Shown piece after piece: positions 1 through 9,538 of a stretch of 64,000 nucleotides of DNA; position 1 is the first letter of the stretch, and the number at the start of each line of letters is the position of its first letter. Source of the stretch: a virus (Duplodnaviria; Caudoviricetes). Made by a program: the position numbers and the translations under genes. The stretch is taken from positions 175,831 to 239,830 of IMG/VR virus record IMGVR_UViG_3300026549_000895, one strand, 5' to 3'. The notes under the pieces are model-generated. The model saw nothing but the letters and a program-made list of their open reading frames with translations, ran no database searches and had not been told where the DNA came from.

Positions 1-1
1 T

Positions 2-850
2 AGATTTATTCGTGCAATTACAAGATTCATGACTAATCATCAATGCAAAAAGGCTGTTGAATTTTTCAATGATGCCAAAAACCGTTCTATGGTTAAAGAC
101 TATATAAAAGCTAACTGGAAACTTGAAAAAACCGATCCCGGTTACGCTTTCATGCAAGCGGTAGTTGTTATGAAAGTATTATTGAAACATGTTAGCTCAT
201 ATGAAAAGATTTTTAAAGCAAAAAATAAAGATGAACTTATAGCATCTTTGGGTGATAACCCATTTGGTGGTATCAACGACACGACATACTTCGCAGTTAC
301 AGATGTGACTCCTCAAAAGATAGGTACTTTTATTGATAAAATGTTTGGTGGAAATGGTATTTATGGTTCAGATAAAACATTAAATGACATTATTCATCAA
401 CTTGAAACTTTCAATACACGTTGGACACCTTATGATTCAAAAGATTCTCCGGTTGTAAAAATGATTACAAGCGACATAAAGGCTTTTGCTACATTCCAAA
501 GCAGGTTACTAACGGCATATAAATTCTTTTCAACTGTTGAGAAGGATTCTGTTTTGAAAGGTCTTCATGAAAACAATAAAAAATTATCGGATATAAAAGA
601 TCAAGCTCATGAGATGAATGAAAAGGCTGACAAATCTGCGAATAAAACGGAAAAAGACATTCCGATTGATTACAAAAAAATGATGTCAAATCATCTTGAT
701 GATACTAATAAATCGGTCAAAAATGTTCAAAAGAACATTCGTAATCAGGATGAAAAACGATATGCTGAATTAAAACGACAGCAGGAAGAAGACAGACGAA
801 AAGAAGAGGAAGAAGAAGCCAGACTCAGAAAAGAACTTGGAATAGATTAA
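2..850 (+). CDS. Hypothetical protein, probably 5'-truncated by the window edge; charged coiled-coil C-terminus
   Basis: Frame is open from position 2; no SD before ATG 29; followed by a GC hairpin. Confidence 0.7.
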   Translation, partial: RFIRAITRFMTNHQCKKAVEFFNDAKNRSMVKDYIKANWKLEKTDPGYAFMQAVVVMKVLLKHVSSYEKIFKAKNKDELIASLGDNPFGGINDTTYFAVTDVTPQKIGTFIDKMFGGNGIYGSDKTLNDIIHQLETFNTRWTPYDSKDSPVVKMITSDIKAFATFQSRLLTAYKFFSTVEKDSVLKGLHENNKKLSDIKDQAHEMNEKADKSANKTEKDIPIDYKKMMSNHLDDTNKSVKNVQKNIRNQDEKRYAELKRQQEEDRRKEEEEEARLRKELGID

Positions 851-854
851 TTTG

Positions 855-879
855 TATCCCCGGGTTTATCCCGGGGATA
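855..879. terminator. GC-rich hairpin of the CCCCGG/CCGGGG family
   Basis: tatccccggg-tttat-cccggggata just after the stop at 850. Confidence 0.7.
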
Positions 880-912
880 ATTTCTATGCTATGACAAAAC
901 AGGACTCGATTA

Positions 913-945
913 TTTTAACTTTTCAAATATATATTATTAATATGA
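913..945 (+). promoter_or_regulatory. Putative early phage promoter (TATATTAT core)
   Basis: 31/33 identical to 49265-49297; core resembles the phiKZ early consensus TATATTAC. Confidence 0.65.
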
Positions 946-1126
946 TAAGAAGATAATAAATGTCTCTTAATCAGAATCAGATTCAGCCTATATGGCAATT
1001 ATAAAATATGAGAATCTTAGATGTCTGAGTAATATATGAATTATCTATCTTACACATCACAGCCCACCAGAAGCTGAGATTCTGGGTAGGATGCAAAAGC
1101 CAATGCATCTAAAGAAAGGAAAATTT

Positions 1127-1483
1127 ATGGCTACCATGAAATTCAAACTCGACAAGCTTGAGCAGCGTTTCCAGGAAAGAAACATTGCAGTAGAAGGATG
1201 TGAGCTTGAAATAGAATTTGAACTCGCTGAACTGCCGGGAATAATCAAAGAAATCCCCACTGTAATTAATTCAATTTCAGCAGCAGCCGAAAAGAGCAAC
1301 TCCCGTGAATGGGAGAAAGTATGTAATGAAATAAACGAAGCTAATGACAAGCTTCGTGAGACAGAACGCAATTTGCGCGGAGCCGAAGCGCGTGCTGAAG
1401 CTGCAGAGCGGAAAGCTCAGAGAAAGCAGGAAGAAGTTGAAGAACTTCGCAAGAAATGCTTCGGAACTCCTGCTGAAAAGTAA
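1127..1483 (+). CDS. Small coiled-coil hypothetical protein in its own transcription unit
   Basis: SD aaagga before ATG 1127 (preferred over 1091); flanked by promoter and terminator. Confidence 0.75.
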   Translation: MATMKFKLDKLEQRFQERNIAVEGCELEIEFELAELPGIIKEIPTVINSISAAAEKSNSREWEKVCNEINEANDKLRETERNLRGAEARAEAAERKAQRKQEEVEELRKKCFGTPAEK

Positions 1484-1490
1484 GAAAGAT

Positions 1491-1529
1491 AAACCCCACC
1501 TTTCGGTGGGGTTTTCTTTTTTCTTTTTT
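1491..1529 (+). terminator. Intrinsic terminator
   Basis: aaaccccacc-tttc-ggtggggttt plus long T tract, between convergent genes. Confidence 0.85.
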
Positions 1530-1626
1530 ATTCGTCTTCTCCCTTACCATTGGAGAGTTCCTGAATCATCTCAGGAGTTTCCTCAGTTTCTTCAATTGTT
1601 GTTTTTTCTTTTTCGTCCATTTTGAT

Positions 1627-4600
1627 TCACCTCGCTTGCGGATTACTCCAAGTTTTGTCTTCGGCATTCGGATCCAACACTCCAACTTTTCCATCAATGA
1701 TAGCAACAGTAGGACGCTCAGATTCAGAGATATTCTTTCTGCCGTGTCGAACAAGATTCTCAAATTCATCTTTTGTGATTAAATTTCGAATAAAGTCTCC
1801 AAACGATTCAGCGAGAAGTGTCACTTTGTAATTATCTTCCTGATCGATGCTTACAACAGGCGGGTCTGCATTAGGTCCTGCTTCTCTATAATCGAGGAAC
1901 ACTTCCAAATGGCCACTTACCGGAGTATTGGCAATGTTAAGATAACCTTCGGGGTATCCCCATTCGGATTGAAGATATTCAGTTCCAAATATACTCGGCT
2001 TATTCTTATCGATACCAAGTATATCGGTTATCTCGATATGATCATTTGACCATCCTGTTTTATACCCACATGGGAATATGCATCTGTTTACCATGCCACC
2101 ATTTTGTTGTTTTATCAGCTCTTTGTATGCTGCTGGTAGTTGAACTCCCAATTCATTCTCAGCGCTTGTTATATCATCATCTGACACTGGGTTTCCGATG
2201 AATTTCTGACCATATGTGGAACTATTGTCCCAGAAATCAGATTGTATAGAAAGCTGTTCGTTATAAATCATATCTCTTCTGTCCATCAAATCATTGAAGT
2301 TGAAAGATTCAGTAATGTTGATATTCTTTCTACCGTGTTGAATAAGATTCTCGAGATGCTTATTCAAATCAGCTGTAGCATTAGGATCAAATACAGGAGA
2401 CTCACCGAGAACGACATCATCAACAGAAGTATCTTCTATTGAATCAAATCCATTGACAAGCCATTCCAAATATCTCTTCTGTGTAGGATCAATGAACTTT
2501 CCACCATCAGCAAGAATCTGCTTTGCAGCCTTAATACCCTGAGAAGCACGCTGATAATCCGTAGGATGAACATCCATGATGAGAGTTCCAATTTCAGAGA
2601 ACAACTTCACGAGCTTGTCAAGGTTAGTAGATAACATTTCATTGTACTTGAACTTTGTTTGATGATCTTCAGATGGTATGAAATGGAATACAACAGGAAG
2701 TTTGTACATTGCAGCGAATGCGTCTGCAAACTGCTCTTCCAAATCTTTACCAGATTTGAACTGTTGTGCCATTTTTCTGAGCATTGCAGGATAAGCTGCA
2801 ATACCAGTCTTGATGAGTGCTATGAATCCGGATACTGCTGCAAAGACACCGAAGGGTCCACTGACACAACCCATAGCAGCACCTGCTGTGAACAATGCGG
2901 TGAAACACCAGCTAACAATAGCGGAAGCAACATGACCAGGTTTTGTCTTATACTGATCTTTCAGTTGAGGAATTACTTCATTGAGTTTGTCGATAAGAAC
3001 AGTAGCATTCTCATCTGCAGTCTTACCAGTAGCACCATTTCCAGAAAACGTCTGAGAATCATCAGCGGTCTTCTTAATTTGTTTCGCCTTTACAAAAGCA
3101 CTCTGAATCTGTTTAGAAGAACACAAAGCGAAGAGTTGTTTCTTAAGAGCAAGCTTCTTCAGCTTATTCATTTTTCCGCCAGTCTCTTCAAGATATGTAA
3201 CATACTTATCGATGAGGATCTTCTTTACCTTCGGAGAATTTACCTGAATAGCACGAGTGATTGTAGCTGAATATGCGCCAACCCATGCCATATTATCCCA
3301 TGCCAACAGAGTTGTTATATTATGGAATATTTCGTGAAGAAGAACAGATGTCAACATCTGACCAAAGTTCTTTTCTTCCTTAGGAGAAGCGAACTGTAAC
3401 AAGCCAGTGGAAATACAAATATAGATAGTAAAACCATTCAGCTTGAAACCAGACTTCTTGGATATTGTGACTTTGTGTCTCGGATTTACCATTCTATCCA
3501 CCATGGTATATCCAACCACATCATCGGTATCTTCGAGAGTAAGTCTTATCCTACAATCGAATTGTTCAGCCAAAGCATCAATACCTTCTTTGAACTTCGG
3601 GTTCTTAATTATCTTCTGATAACTCAGAGCTCCATCTTCTTTTACATCAGACTGTTCAGATCTTACTTCATTAAAGCATTTGATTGCTTTAACAATACCT
3701 GAATTATCAAATCTCATATACTTGATATCTTCCGGCTTGATATTGGATGCTGGAGTAGCTGACTCCTGAACATAGTCATGCTTTTCAACGTTATAACCCA
3801 TCTCTGAGAATGACGCAGTGCCAATATATGGAGTTCCATACAAATCATACAGATACTCAACATATTCATTTGCCTGCTGTTCATCAGGACCAAATGCTTG
3901 AGGTTCAGGATTCTCAGGAGGTTCATTATCAGAACCGAATTCCTGAGGCTTAGGTTCTTCCTGATCATTAATGTATACTTTGCTCGGAACTGCAGCAAAT
4001 GAAGGAGTTTCTTCAGGAGCAACTTCAAACTCTTTGTTCTTCGCAATGCAATCGGTCTGATACTGATCAAGTGCATTATCAACACGAAGTCCTATGTTAT
4101 CCAACAGAGTTGCCATTGCACGAATGATGTTATCTTTGTTACCCTGAACATTTGTGTTCTCGGGAGCAATGATAAAGTCTTCATGAACTTTAATGGACTT
4201 GAGAGAATTATCTCCCATTATATGATCTTCCGGAATATGATAAATATGAGCCAATGACTCAAGAGCACATACAACATCAGGAGCCTTTGCTATAGCTGCT
4301 TCGATAACAGCTTTGGCTTCTTCTGTCTTATTAGGATGCTCCCAAGTACTTTCCAGATCCTTTTCGGTTTCTTTGTTCTCCATATCATCAGATTCAGTCA
4401 CCGTCTTTCGATTCTGAGCCAGGGACTTTTGCCAAGATGATTGATCTTGATTATTTTGTACTATATTATCTGATTCACCAAACGACTTTGAAGGTCCTCC
4501 AACCTTTGGCGACGCATTAAACGAACTTTGATAATGTTCTTCGGGTTGTTTGTTTGGTGCGGGAGGCGGTGAACTCATCGCAGCTTTATCCATACTTGTT

Positions 4601-4800
4601 GTTCTTTTTACATTTGCAGGAACTTCTGTTTCTTCTTGTATACTATTCTGAACAGTATCAACTACAGATGCTCCAAAAGGGGTACCATCTGCACTATTAG
4701 CAATCTTTGCTTTGTTTACAGCATTTTCTAAATTTGATGCATTGGATTTGATGTCAGGTTTAGGAAGCTTATCAGTTTCCAGAGTTATATCGAATCCCAT
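1627..4800 (-). CDS. Putative virion polyprotein: acidic N-region, M48-like Zn metalloprotease with hydrophobic helices, C-terminal SMI1/KNR4 (SUKH) domain
   Basis: HEIFH, EEQFADAFA and DVHPTDYQR motifs; SUKH signature AENELGVQLPAAYKELIKQQNGG...LAESFGDFI; YVQES, ITES and ISES motifs. Confidence 0.75.
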   Translation of the reverse strand: MGFDITLETDKLPKPDIKSNASNLENAVNKAKIANSADGTPFGASVVDTVQNSIQEETEVPANVKRTTSMDKAAMSSPPPAPNKQPEEHYQSSFNASPKVGGPSKSFGESDNIVQNNQDQSSWQKSLAQNRKTVTESDDMENKETEKDLESTWEHPNKTEEAKAVIEAAIAKAPDVVCALESLAHIYHIPEDHIMGDNSLKSIKVHEDFIIAPENTNVQGNKDNIIRAMATLLDNIGLRVDNALDQYQTDCIAKNKEFEVAPEETPSFAAVPSKVYINDQEEPKPQEFGSDNEPPENPEPQAFGPDEQQANEYVEYLYDLYGTPYIGTASFSEMGYNVEKHDYVQESATPASNIKPEDIKYMRFDNSGIVKAIKCFNEVRSEQSDVKEDGALSYQKIIKNPKFKEGIDALAEQFDCRIRLTLEDTDDVVGYTMVDRMVNPRHKVTISKKSGFKLNGFTIYICISTGLLQFASPKEEKNFGQMLTSVLLHEIFHNITTLLAWDNMAWVGAYSATITRAIQVNSPKVKKILIDKYVTYLEETGGKMNKLKKLALKKQLFALCSSKQIQSAFVKAKQIKKTADDSQTFSGNGATGKTADENATVLIDKLNEVIPQLKDQYKTKPGHVASAIVSWCFTALFTAGAAMGCVSGPFGVFAAVSGFIALIKTGIAAYPAMLRKMAQQFKSGKDLEEQFADAFAAMYKLPVVFHFIPSEDHQTKFKYNEMLSTNLDKLVKLFSEIGTLIMDVHPTDYQRASQGIKAAKQILADGGKFIDPTQKRYLEWLVNGFDSIEDTSVDDVVLGESPVFDPNATADLNKHLENLIQHGRKNINITESFNFNDLMDRRDMIYNEQLSIQSDFWDNSSTYGQKFIGNPVSDDDITSAENELGVQLPAAYKELIKQQNGGMVNRCIFPCGYKTGWSNDHIEITDILGIDKNKPSIFGTEYLQSEWGYPEGYLNIANTPVSGHLEVFLDYREAGPNADPPVVSIDQEDNYKVTLLAESFGDFIRNLITKDEFENLVRHGRKNISESERPTVAIIDGKVGVLDPNAEDKTWSNPQAR
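1729..1761. repeat. Direct repeat, copy B (encodes ENLVRHGRKNI)
   Basis: 30/33 identical to 2320-2352. Confidence 0.9.
2320..2352. repeat. Direct repeat, copy A (encodes ENLIQHGRKNI)
   Basis: 30/33 identical to 1729-1761; the two copies bracket the SMI1/KNR4 domain. Confidence 0.9.
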
Positions 4801-4821
4801 TTATATCAAACTCCTTTCATA

Positions 4822-6021
4822 TTACTTATTTCTGATTTGATTCATTCGATTCATCATGAATGTTGCTATCAAACAAATATGAGCTTTTACAATTTCGCCA
4901 TCATATCCATACTTTCTACGAAGCGGAATAACAACAGGCTTTCCAGGAACAGCTCTATCGACAGCTGTAGGAAATCCTTTTATTCGAGATATAAACTTTG
5001 TTGAGTTTATATCATCTAAAGTATTTCCTTCTTTCACTATAAACACATAAAAGATTCCATCTATTATCATTCCGATATCAGAAATATCTATTGACTGTGC
5101 ATATTTGTAAAGTTCATCTTTCTTAACGGATTTTAATTTGGCAATGCCTTCATAAAGTCCAGAAGTCTTCTTAGCATACAATTCATCTTTTCCGCGAATC
5201 AAACCCACAAGCTTATCTCTCAAATGAATGGTATTTCCGGTCAGAGTGAATTGATCAAAAACATCTCCATCATTACCAACTTCTTTATTTTCCTCAATAT
5301 TCTTATAATACATCTTGGCGAGTTGATACATGTTCTGATTGTATGAATTTCTCAATCTATTTAAGAAATCAACAACAACCTTTGGAGATGGTTTTAACAA
5401 TAATGAATTTCTGTAAAAGTTCCAACAAGTATCAAGAGTAGAATCAATCCAATCTAATAATGAAGCGGATTGAGTGATCTCATACTTATTGGACAAATGT
5501 GAATATGTATATTCCATTGCCTTTGGATTGAAATTCAATTTCTTCTGGAAATACTTAACGAACATTCTTGAATATTGTGTAACTGACAATTGTTCCTTTG
5601 CAGAATCTTTCAGCTTACGATAGCCTATCTGCTCTCCAAATACAATTACCAAAACATGAAGTACCGTAATCGGTACTTCAGTTATGGTTTTAAAGTTATT
5701 TGTTGCATGAACTTCTTTTGTCAGTTGAACAATCTTTTCTTTGAGAGAAGCATTTGTAAAGTCGAATAATGCCAAACAGTTATCAATGTATTTCTTCGGC
5801 CACTTAACAGGTCCTGTTGGATAATGCTTTGATAACATATCGGCATTTTCGGATAAGAAAGTAGCACCGTATTCAATATATGCATTTCGCTTTTCCGTTA
5901 TCTGCATATTTGTATATACAACTTCCATCAGCTCTTCCAACACCGGAGATGTTGAATATGCTTCTGTGATTATATCCAGTGCTTCTTCTTCAGTGAATTC
6001 TTCCTCAAAAAAGTTAAACAT
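4822..6021 (-). CDS. Hypothetical helical protein, possibly virion-packaged
   Basis: 399-aa ORF with SD; short acidic N-terminus ending IITEA. Confidence 0.75.
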   Translation of the reverse strand: MFNFFEEEFTEEEALDIITEAYSTSPVLEELMEVVYTNMQITEKRNAYIEYGATFLSENADMLSKHYPTGPVKWPKKYIDNCLALFDFTNASLKEKIVQLTKEVHATNNFKTITEVPITVLHVLVIVFGEQIGYRKLKDSAKEQLSVTQYSRMFVKYFQKKLNFNPKAMEYTYSHLSNKYEITQSASLLDWIDSTLDTCWNFYRNSLLLKPSPKVVVDFLNRLRNSYNQNMYQLAKMYYKNIEENKEVGNDGDVFDQFTLTGNTIHLRDKLVGLIRGKDELYAKKTSGLYEGIAKLKSVKKDELYKYAQSIDISDIGMIIDGIFYVFIVKEGNTLDDINSTKFISRIKGFPTAVDRAVPGKPVVIPLRRKYGYDGEIVKAHICLIATFMMNRMNQIRNK

Positions 6022-6037
6022 GACAAATCACCTTTTC

Positions 6038-6586
6038 TTACTTATTATGGCGATTCTTCTTGTTCTTCTTCTTTGAATTCTGATTCTCTGTCGCAGTAGG
6101 AGTCTCCTCTACTTCCTCTTCAGATTCGTCCTCTGTAGTATCCTCGGTTTCATCAACCACTTCCTCTTCAACAGCGGGAATAGCAGTCTTAGCTACCTCA
6201 AGTGCTTCATCAAGAAGACCCTCAGCAAGAGTGATGTCATCAACAGAAGCTTCTACAGGAGTTTCCTCTTCCTTGATAACTTCGGTCTCGATACCAGCTG
6301 ATTCTGCCTTCTCAATCAAAGCTTCAACAGGAGCCTTCTCCTCTACCTTCTTCTCAGGAACATCCTTTTTCTTAATAGGAGCAGCTACCTTTACAGAACC
6401 CTGATTAGCGAAGATCTGAGCAATGTTGTTCATTGTGATAATATCAGGAGAATCAGCAAGAGTAACCTTGAGAGTTTTTACCTTAAGAATACGAGCAACC
6501 TGCTGCTGGTCAAGATCAACGTTTCTGACAGGAGCCAGCATTTTCAGTCCAGGGATAAGTCCCTTACCAAGAATATTTACATTCAT
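6038..6586 (-). CDS. Hypothetical protein with acidic tract and basic C-terminal tail
   Basis: 182-aa ORF with SD gaggt, within an operon. Confidence 0.75.
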   Translation of the reverse strand: MNVNILGKGLIPGLKMLAPVRNVDLDQQQVARILKVKTLKVTLADSPDIITMNNIAQIFANQGSVKVAAPIKKKDVPEKKVEEKAPVEALIEKAESAGIETEVIKEEETPVEASVDDITLAEGLLDEALEVAKTAIPAVEEEVVDETEDTTEDESEEEVEETPTATENQNSKKKNKKNRHNK

Positions 6587-6608
6587 TATTAATTACCTCA
6601 TCTTTCAT

Positions 6609-7358
6609 TTAATTTCGATTTTTGTTCATCATTTCACGAATCTTGTTAATTGCATAATAGGATTCTGAAACCAAGTCTGTTTTCAATCCCATAGCAGCAA
6701 AGAACAAATCCGCCTGTAACAGTGTAGGTTTATCAAGAATACCAGTTTTGATATTTTCCAATTTAACGGAACCTTTCTCCGAAATTTCTTCTACCATATT
6801 CTGATATTCATTAACATTATCTCCACGAGCACCAGTAAACTCAGAAAGGATTTCTTTTGCTCCAACTCCGGCAAGCAATTCGTTCTCCATTCCAGTCATA
6901 GTACCGCCCTTTGAATCACCCTTAGCTTCACCTGTCATCTCATCGACATCTGAATCTGACAAGATAAGACCCTGCTTTTTGGTGACCAATTGCTGTGGTC
7001 TTTTTATGTTAAGATAAGCTACCAGTACAGGAGTTCGTGATCTTATTGGGCGGTTCGGGTCACTGGAGATATGTGGCATATAGATGTATTCAAACAATTT
7101 TAGATGTAACAAATCCGCAGCTTTCTCAACATTCTCAAATTTGATCTTTCTATTTTCAGGACCAAATTCTTCAATGTCAATTCTGAGATTACTTTTCTTA
7201 TCTCCAAATAACTTTTGGAAATACTCATCGAACTGTTTGTCATTCATTGTCTGAAACATGTTTCGATATTTCTTTGCATTCACTCCAGATGGATCGATAG
7301 TACTGACAACATCATCAATTAATTTTTCCATCTTTTTTCGTTTGTCAGAAGTTATCAT
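6609..7358 (-). CDS. Phage multisubunit RNA polymerase beta subunit, C-terminal piece (probably virion RNAP)
   Basis: KRPQQLVTKK...MTGEAKGDSKGGTMTGMENELLAGVGAKEILSEFTGARGDN parallels the RpoB C-terminal TQQP..GK...GGQRFGEME...L.E.LT.KSDD region. Confidence 0.75.
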   Translation of the reverse strand: MITSDKRKKMEKLIDDVVSTIDPSGVNAKKYRNMFQTMNDKQFDEYFQKLFGDKKSNLRIDIEEFGPENRKIKFENVEKAADLLHLKLFEYIYMPHISSDPNRPIRSRTPVLVAYLNIKRPQQLVTKKQGLILSDSDVDEMTGEAKGDSKGGTMTGMENELLAGVGAKEILSEFTGARGDNVNEYQNMVEEISEKGSVKLENIKTGILDKPTLLQADLFFAAMGLKTDLVSESYYAINKIREMMNKNRN

Positions 7359-7375
7359 ATAACCACCTTCCTTTC

Positions 7376-7864
7376 TTATTCAACATATGCTTTCTGAATA
7401 TATAATTCTTTGAGCTTATTATATGAGATACCTATGACAACTCTGTTTCCTTTAGTACCATATGTCGATCTTTCAGTTCCTGATATTTCAAGAACTAAAG
7501 CGTCAACACCATCTGATGTTTTATCAAAGTAAACATCAACTGTTACTCCAGCAATAGCAAGCATATCACATTGCTCTGCTATTTTATCTTTTATCACAAT
7601 TGGAGTATTTGGATCATCAGAATATTCCATCAAATATCCTTCGATATTAATTCCTAATTCAGGAATTGAAGGATACTGTCCAGGTTTCATCATAAGTAAT
7701 GTGAGTATGACATTAACACACATCTCAAACGTTGAAATGACTTTTGGTTTATACATTGAATCAGTATCCATTAAACAGTCATATCCAAGTGGTTGAAAAG
7801 AAGGCGGGTATTTATTCTTTATTTCATCCAATGTCATACCGATTATATTATCAGCATTTACCAT
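7376..7864 (-). CDS. Baseplate protein, T4 gp25/GPW-like
   Basis: LLMMKPGQYPSIPELGINIEGYL matches the gp25 L.T.PGER...PEFG pattern. Confidence 0.65.
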   Translation of the reverse strand: MVNADNIIGMTLDEIKNKYPPSFQPLGYDCLMDTDSMYKPKVISTFEMCVNVILTLLMMKPGQYPSIPELGINIEGYLMEYSDDPNTPIVIKDKIAEQCDMLAIAGVTVDVYFDKTSDGVDALVLEISGTERSTYGTKGNRVVIGISYNKLKELYIQKAYVE

Positions 7865-7880
7865 TTAAATCTCTCCTTTC

Positions 7881-8621
7881 TTAAGTTGGATGATTGTTAT
7901 CAGTCTTCACATATTCAGATAAGAATTCATCATATTTCTTGTCAAGAATTTTGATGTAATAGTGTCCCATCTTCCTACATTCATTTTCCATCATAGCATC
8001 TTTTCTTCTCTCAATATCCCTGAGATGTTCCATATAATTATCATTATAACCACCTTGCTTGATTTCAACATGTAAACTCAAAGAAGGAATAAAGAAATCC
8101 GGAATGTAGAGATGTGTTGTACCATCTTTCCACTTGTACCAGAAGTCAGTTGGAGATGGAGCTATGATATCATCCGGATCCCATTCCAATGACTTTAAGA
8201 ACTTCAAGAAATCCTCTTCATAACTACCAATGATTCTGAAGGTATGTTTGTCATCCCATTTAAAGTCTTTGGCATCATGATGATTGTACAACATCTTTCG
8301 TTGCTGATCAGCTTCATTCAGAAGATGTTCTTTGCCGTATACTTTCACCATATTTGATTTGGCTTGTTTTGTATATTCTTCTTTACATTTTTCTGAACAG
8401 ATTCGACCGTATTTCAGTGTCTCTTCATTGAACTTAACATTGTTCTTTTTACAAACAACACACAGTCTTCCAACCGGTTTCTTCACTAATAAAGAATATG
8501 CAAATTCCAAAGGTTCATATTCCTCTGGAACTTGGTCGTTATGCTTTTCTGCTATATGATGACAATACTTTTGTTTGTCATTAAATATTTTTGTACAGAA
8601 CGGACATTTTGTATTACGCAA
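7881..8621 (-). CDS. Zn finger plus TnsA-like PD-(D/E)xK nuclease (T4 gp4 head-completion nuclease-like)
   Basis: CPFC...H...H, CxxC, and YIPDFF...VEIK; TTG start with SD aaaggag. Confidence 0.7.
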   Translation of the reverse strand: MRNTKCPFCTKIFNDKQKYCHHIAEKHNDQVPEEYEPLEFAYSLLVKKPVGRLCVVCKKNNVKFNEETLKYGRICSEKCKEEYTKQAKSNMVKVYGKEHLLNEADQQRKMLYNHHDAKDFKWDDKHTFRIIGSYEEDFLKFLKSLEWDPDDIIAPSPTDFWYKWKDGTTHLYIPDFFIPSLSLHVEIKQGGYNDNYMEHLRDIERRKDAMMENECRKMGHYYIKILDKKYDEFLSEYVKTDNNHPT

Positions 8622-8675
8622 ATCATTTCACTCCTTTATCAAAATTAAATATAATAATAGTTTTATTAAACCAAA

Positions 8676-8689
8676 ATTACCCCAGCGTT
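8676..8689 (-). promoter_or_regulatory. Putative late promoter AACG-N6-TAAT
   Basis: Upstream of the 8621-to-1627 operon; same motif at 9629 and 35599. Confidence 0.5.
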
Positions 8690-8773
8690 CAACGATATTT
8701 CTTTTTTAGATATATATGATTAAAAAGAAATGGGATAAATACATTCTCAATATATAATTAATTTGAAGAAGGA

Positions 8774-9070
8774 GTGATGGTAAATATGGGGTCATTGATG
8801 TATTCGGATAATGATATTGATTCTCTTGAATATAGAATGAAAAATCATGTTCGAAGAATATCAATTAATGATTTAAATATCTTAGGCTATGGATTAAAGC
8901 AATATATTGAACGATACAAAACATTGTTTGTTTATGATGAAGAAGAAGAAAAAATACTTAATGAATTGGATACCATTTCCGATTTATTGATTACTCGTCA
9001 ATATGATAAACTTATACATGACCCAAGATATATGATAACCACAGAAGACAACCGCGAAGATTATATTTGA
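8774..9070 (+). CDS. Hypothetical protein
   Basis: ORF with SD aaggag; exact start codon uncertain. Confidence 0.7.
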   Translation: MMVNMGSLMYSDNDIDSLEYRMKNHVRRISINDLNILGYGLKQYIERYKTLFVYDEEEEKILNELDTISDLLITRQYDKLIHDPRYMITTEDNREDYI

Positions 9071-9084
9071 AAGGATTTGATTTT

Positions 9085-9297
9085 ATGAAAAATAACAACC
9101 AACCCAAATTCATACATTTGACATCTACAAACGGAACTCAGTTCCGAATCAATTCATCTGAGATTGGTATGTATGTCAAACCAGAAGGTTCAGAAAACAC
9201 ATCATTGTTTATGACTGGTGAGAATGGTACAAAGGTAATGGTTAAAGAAACACCAGATGAGATTGATAAGATGTTAGGTATCAATTTCAATGTATGA
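9085..9297 (+). CDS. Small FlbD/SwrD-like protein
   Basis: FIHLTSTNGTQFRINSSEI...TKVMVKETPDEIDKML resembles the FlbD pattern I.LT.LNG..F.LN...I...VKES.EEV; SD aagga before ATG 9085. Confidence 0.55.
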   Translation: MKNNNQPKFIHLTSTNGTQFRINSSEIGMYVKPEGSENTSLFMTGENGTKVMVKETPDEIDKMLGINFNV

Positions 9298-9305
9298 TAA
9301 TAATG

Positions 9306-9345
9306 AATACAGTAATCTCATTTATTGGGATTACTGTATTTTTTT
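9306..9345 (+). terminator. Intrinsic terminator
   Basis: aatacagtaatctca/tgggattactgtatt stem plus T tract. Confidence 0.8.
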
Positions 9346-9538
9346 ATTTTTCTAATGAATATAACTCTTATGTACTTCTTTTACTTCTGAACCAAAAACT
9401 TAGCAAATTTTTGGCTGTACTTGCTTTTCTTCGGGAGAAACTGACAACACAAGATTGCCAAGGCCACCAACCTGAGATGAAAAAGAGCAAATAGAGAAAG
9501 TCAGATAAGGAATGTAACCCGAATCCGTTAATGTATGA

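Noticed and set aside
7881-8621. TnsA-like nuclease as evidence of a transposon or homing element
   Set aside because: No transposase partners or terminal repeats; context fits a head-completion nuclease
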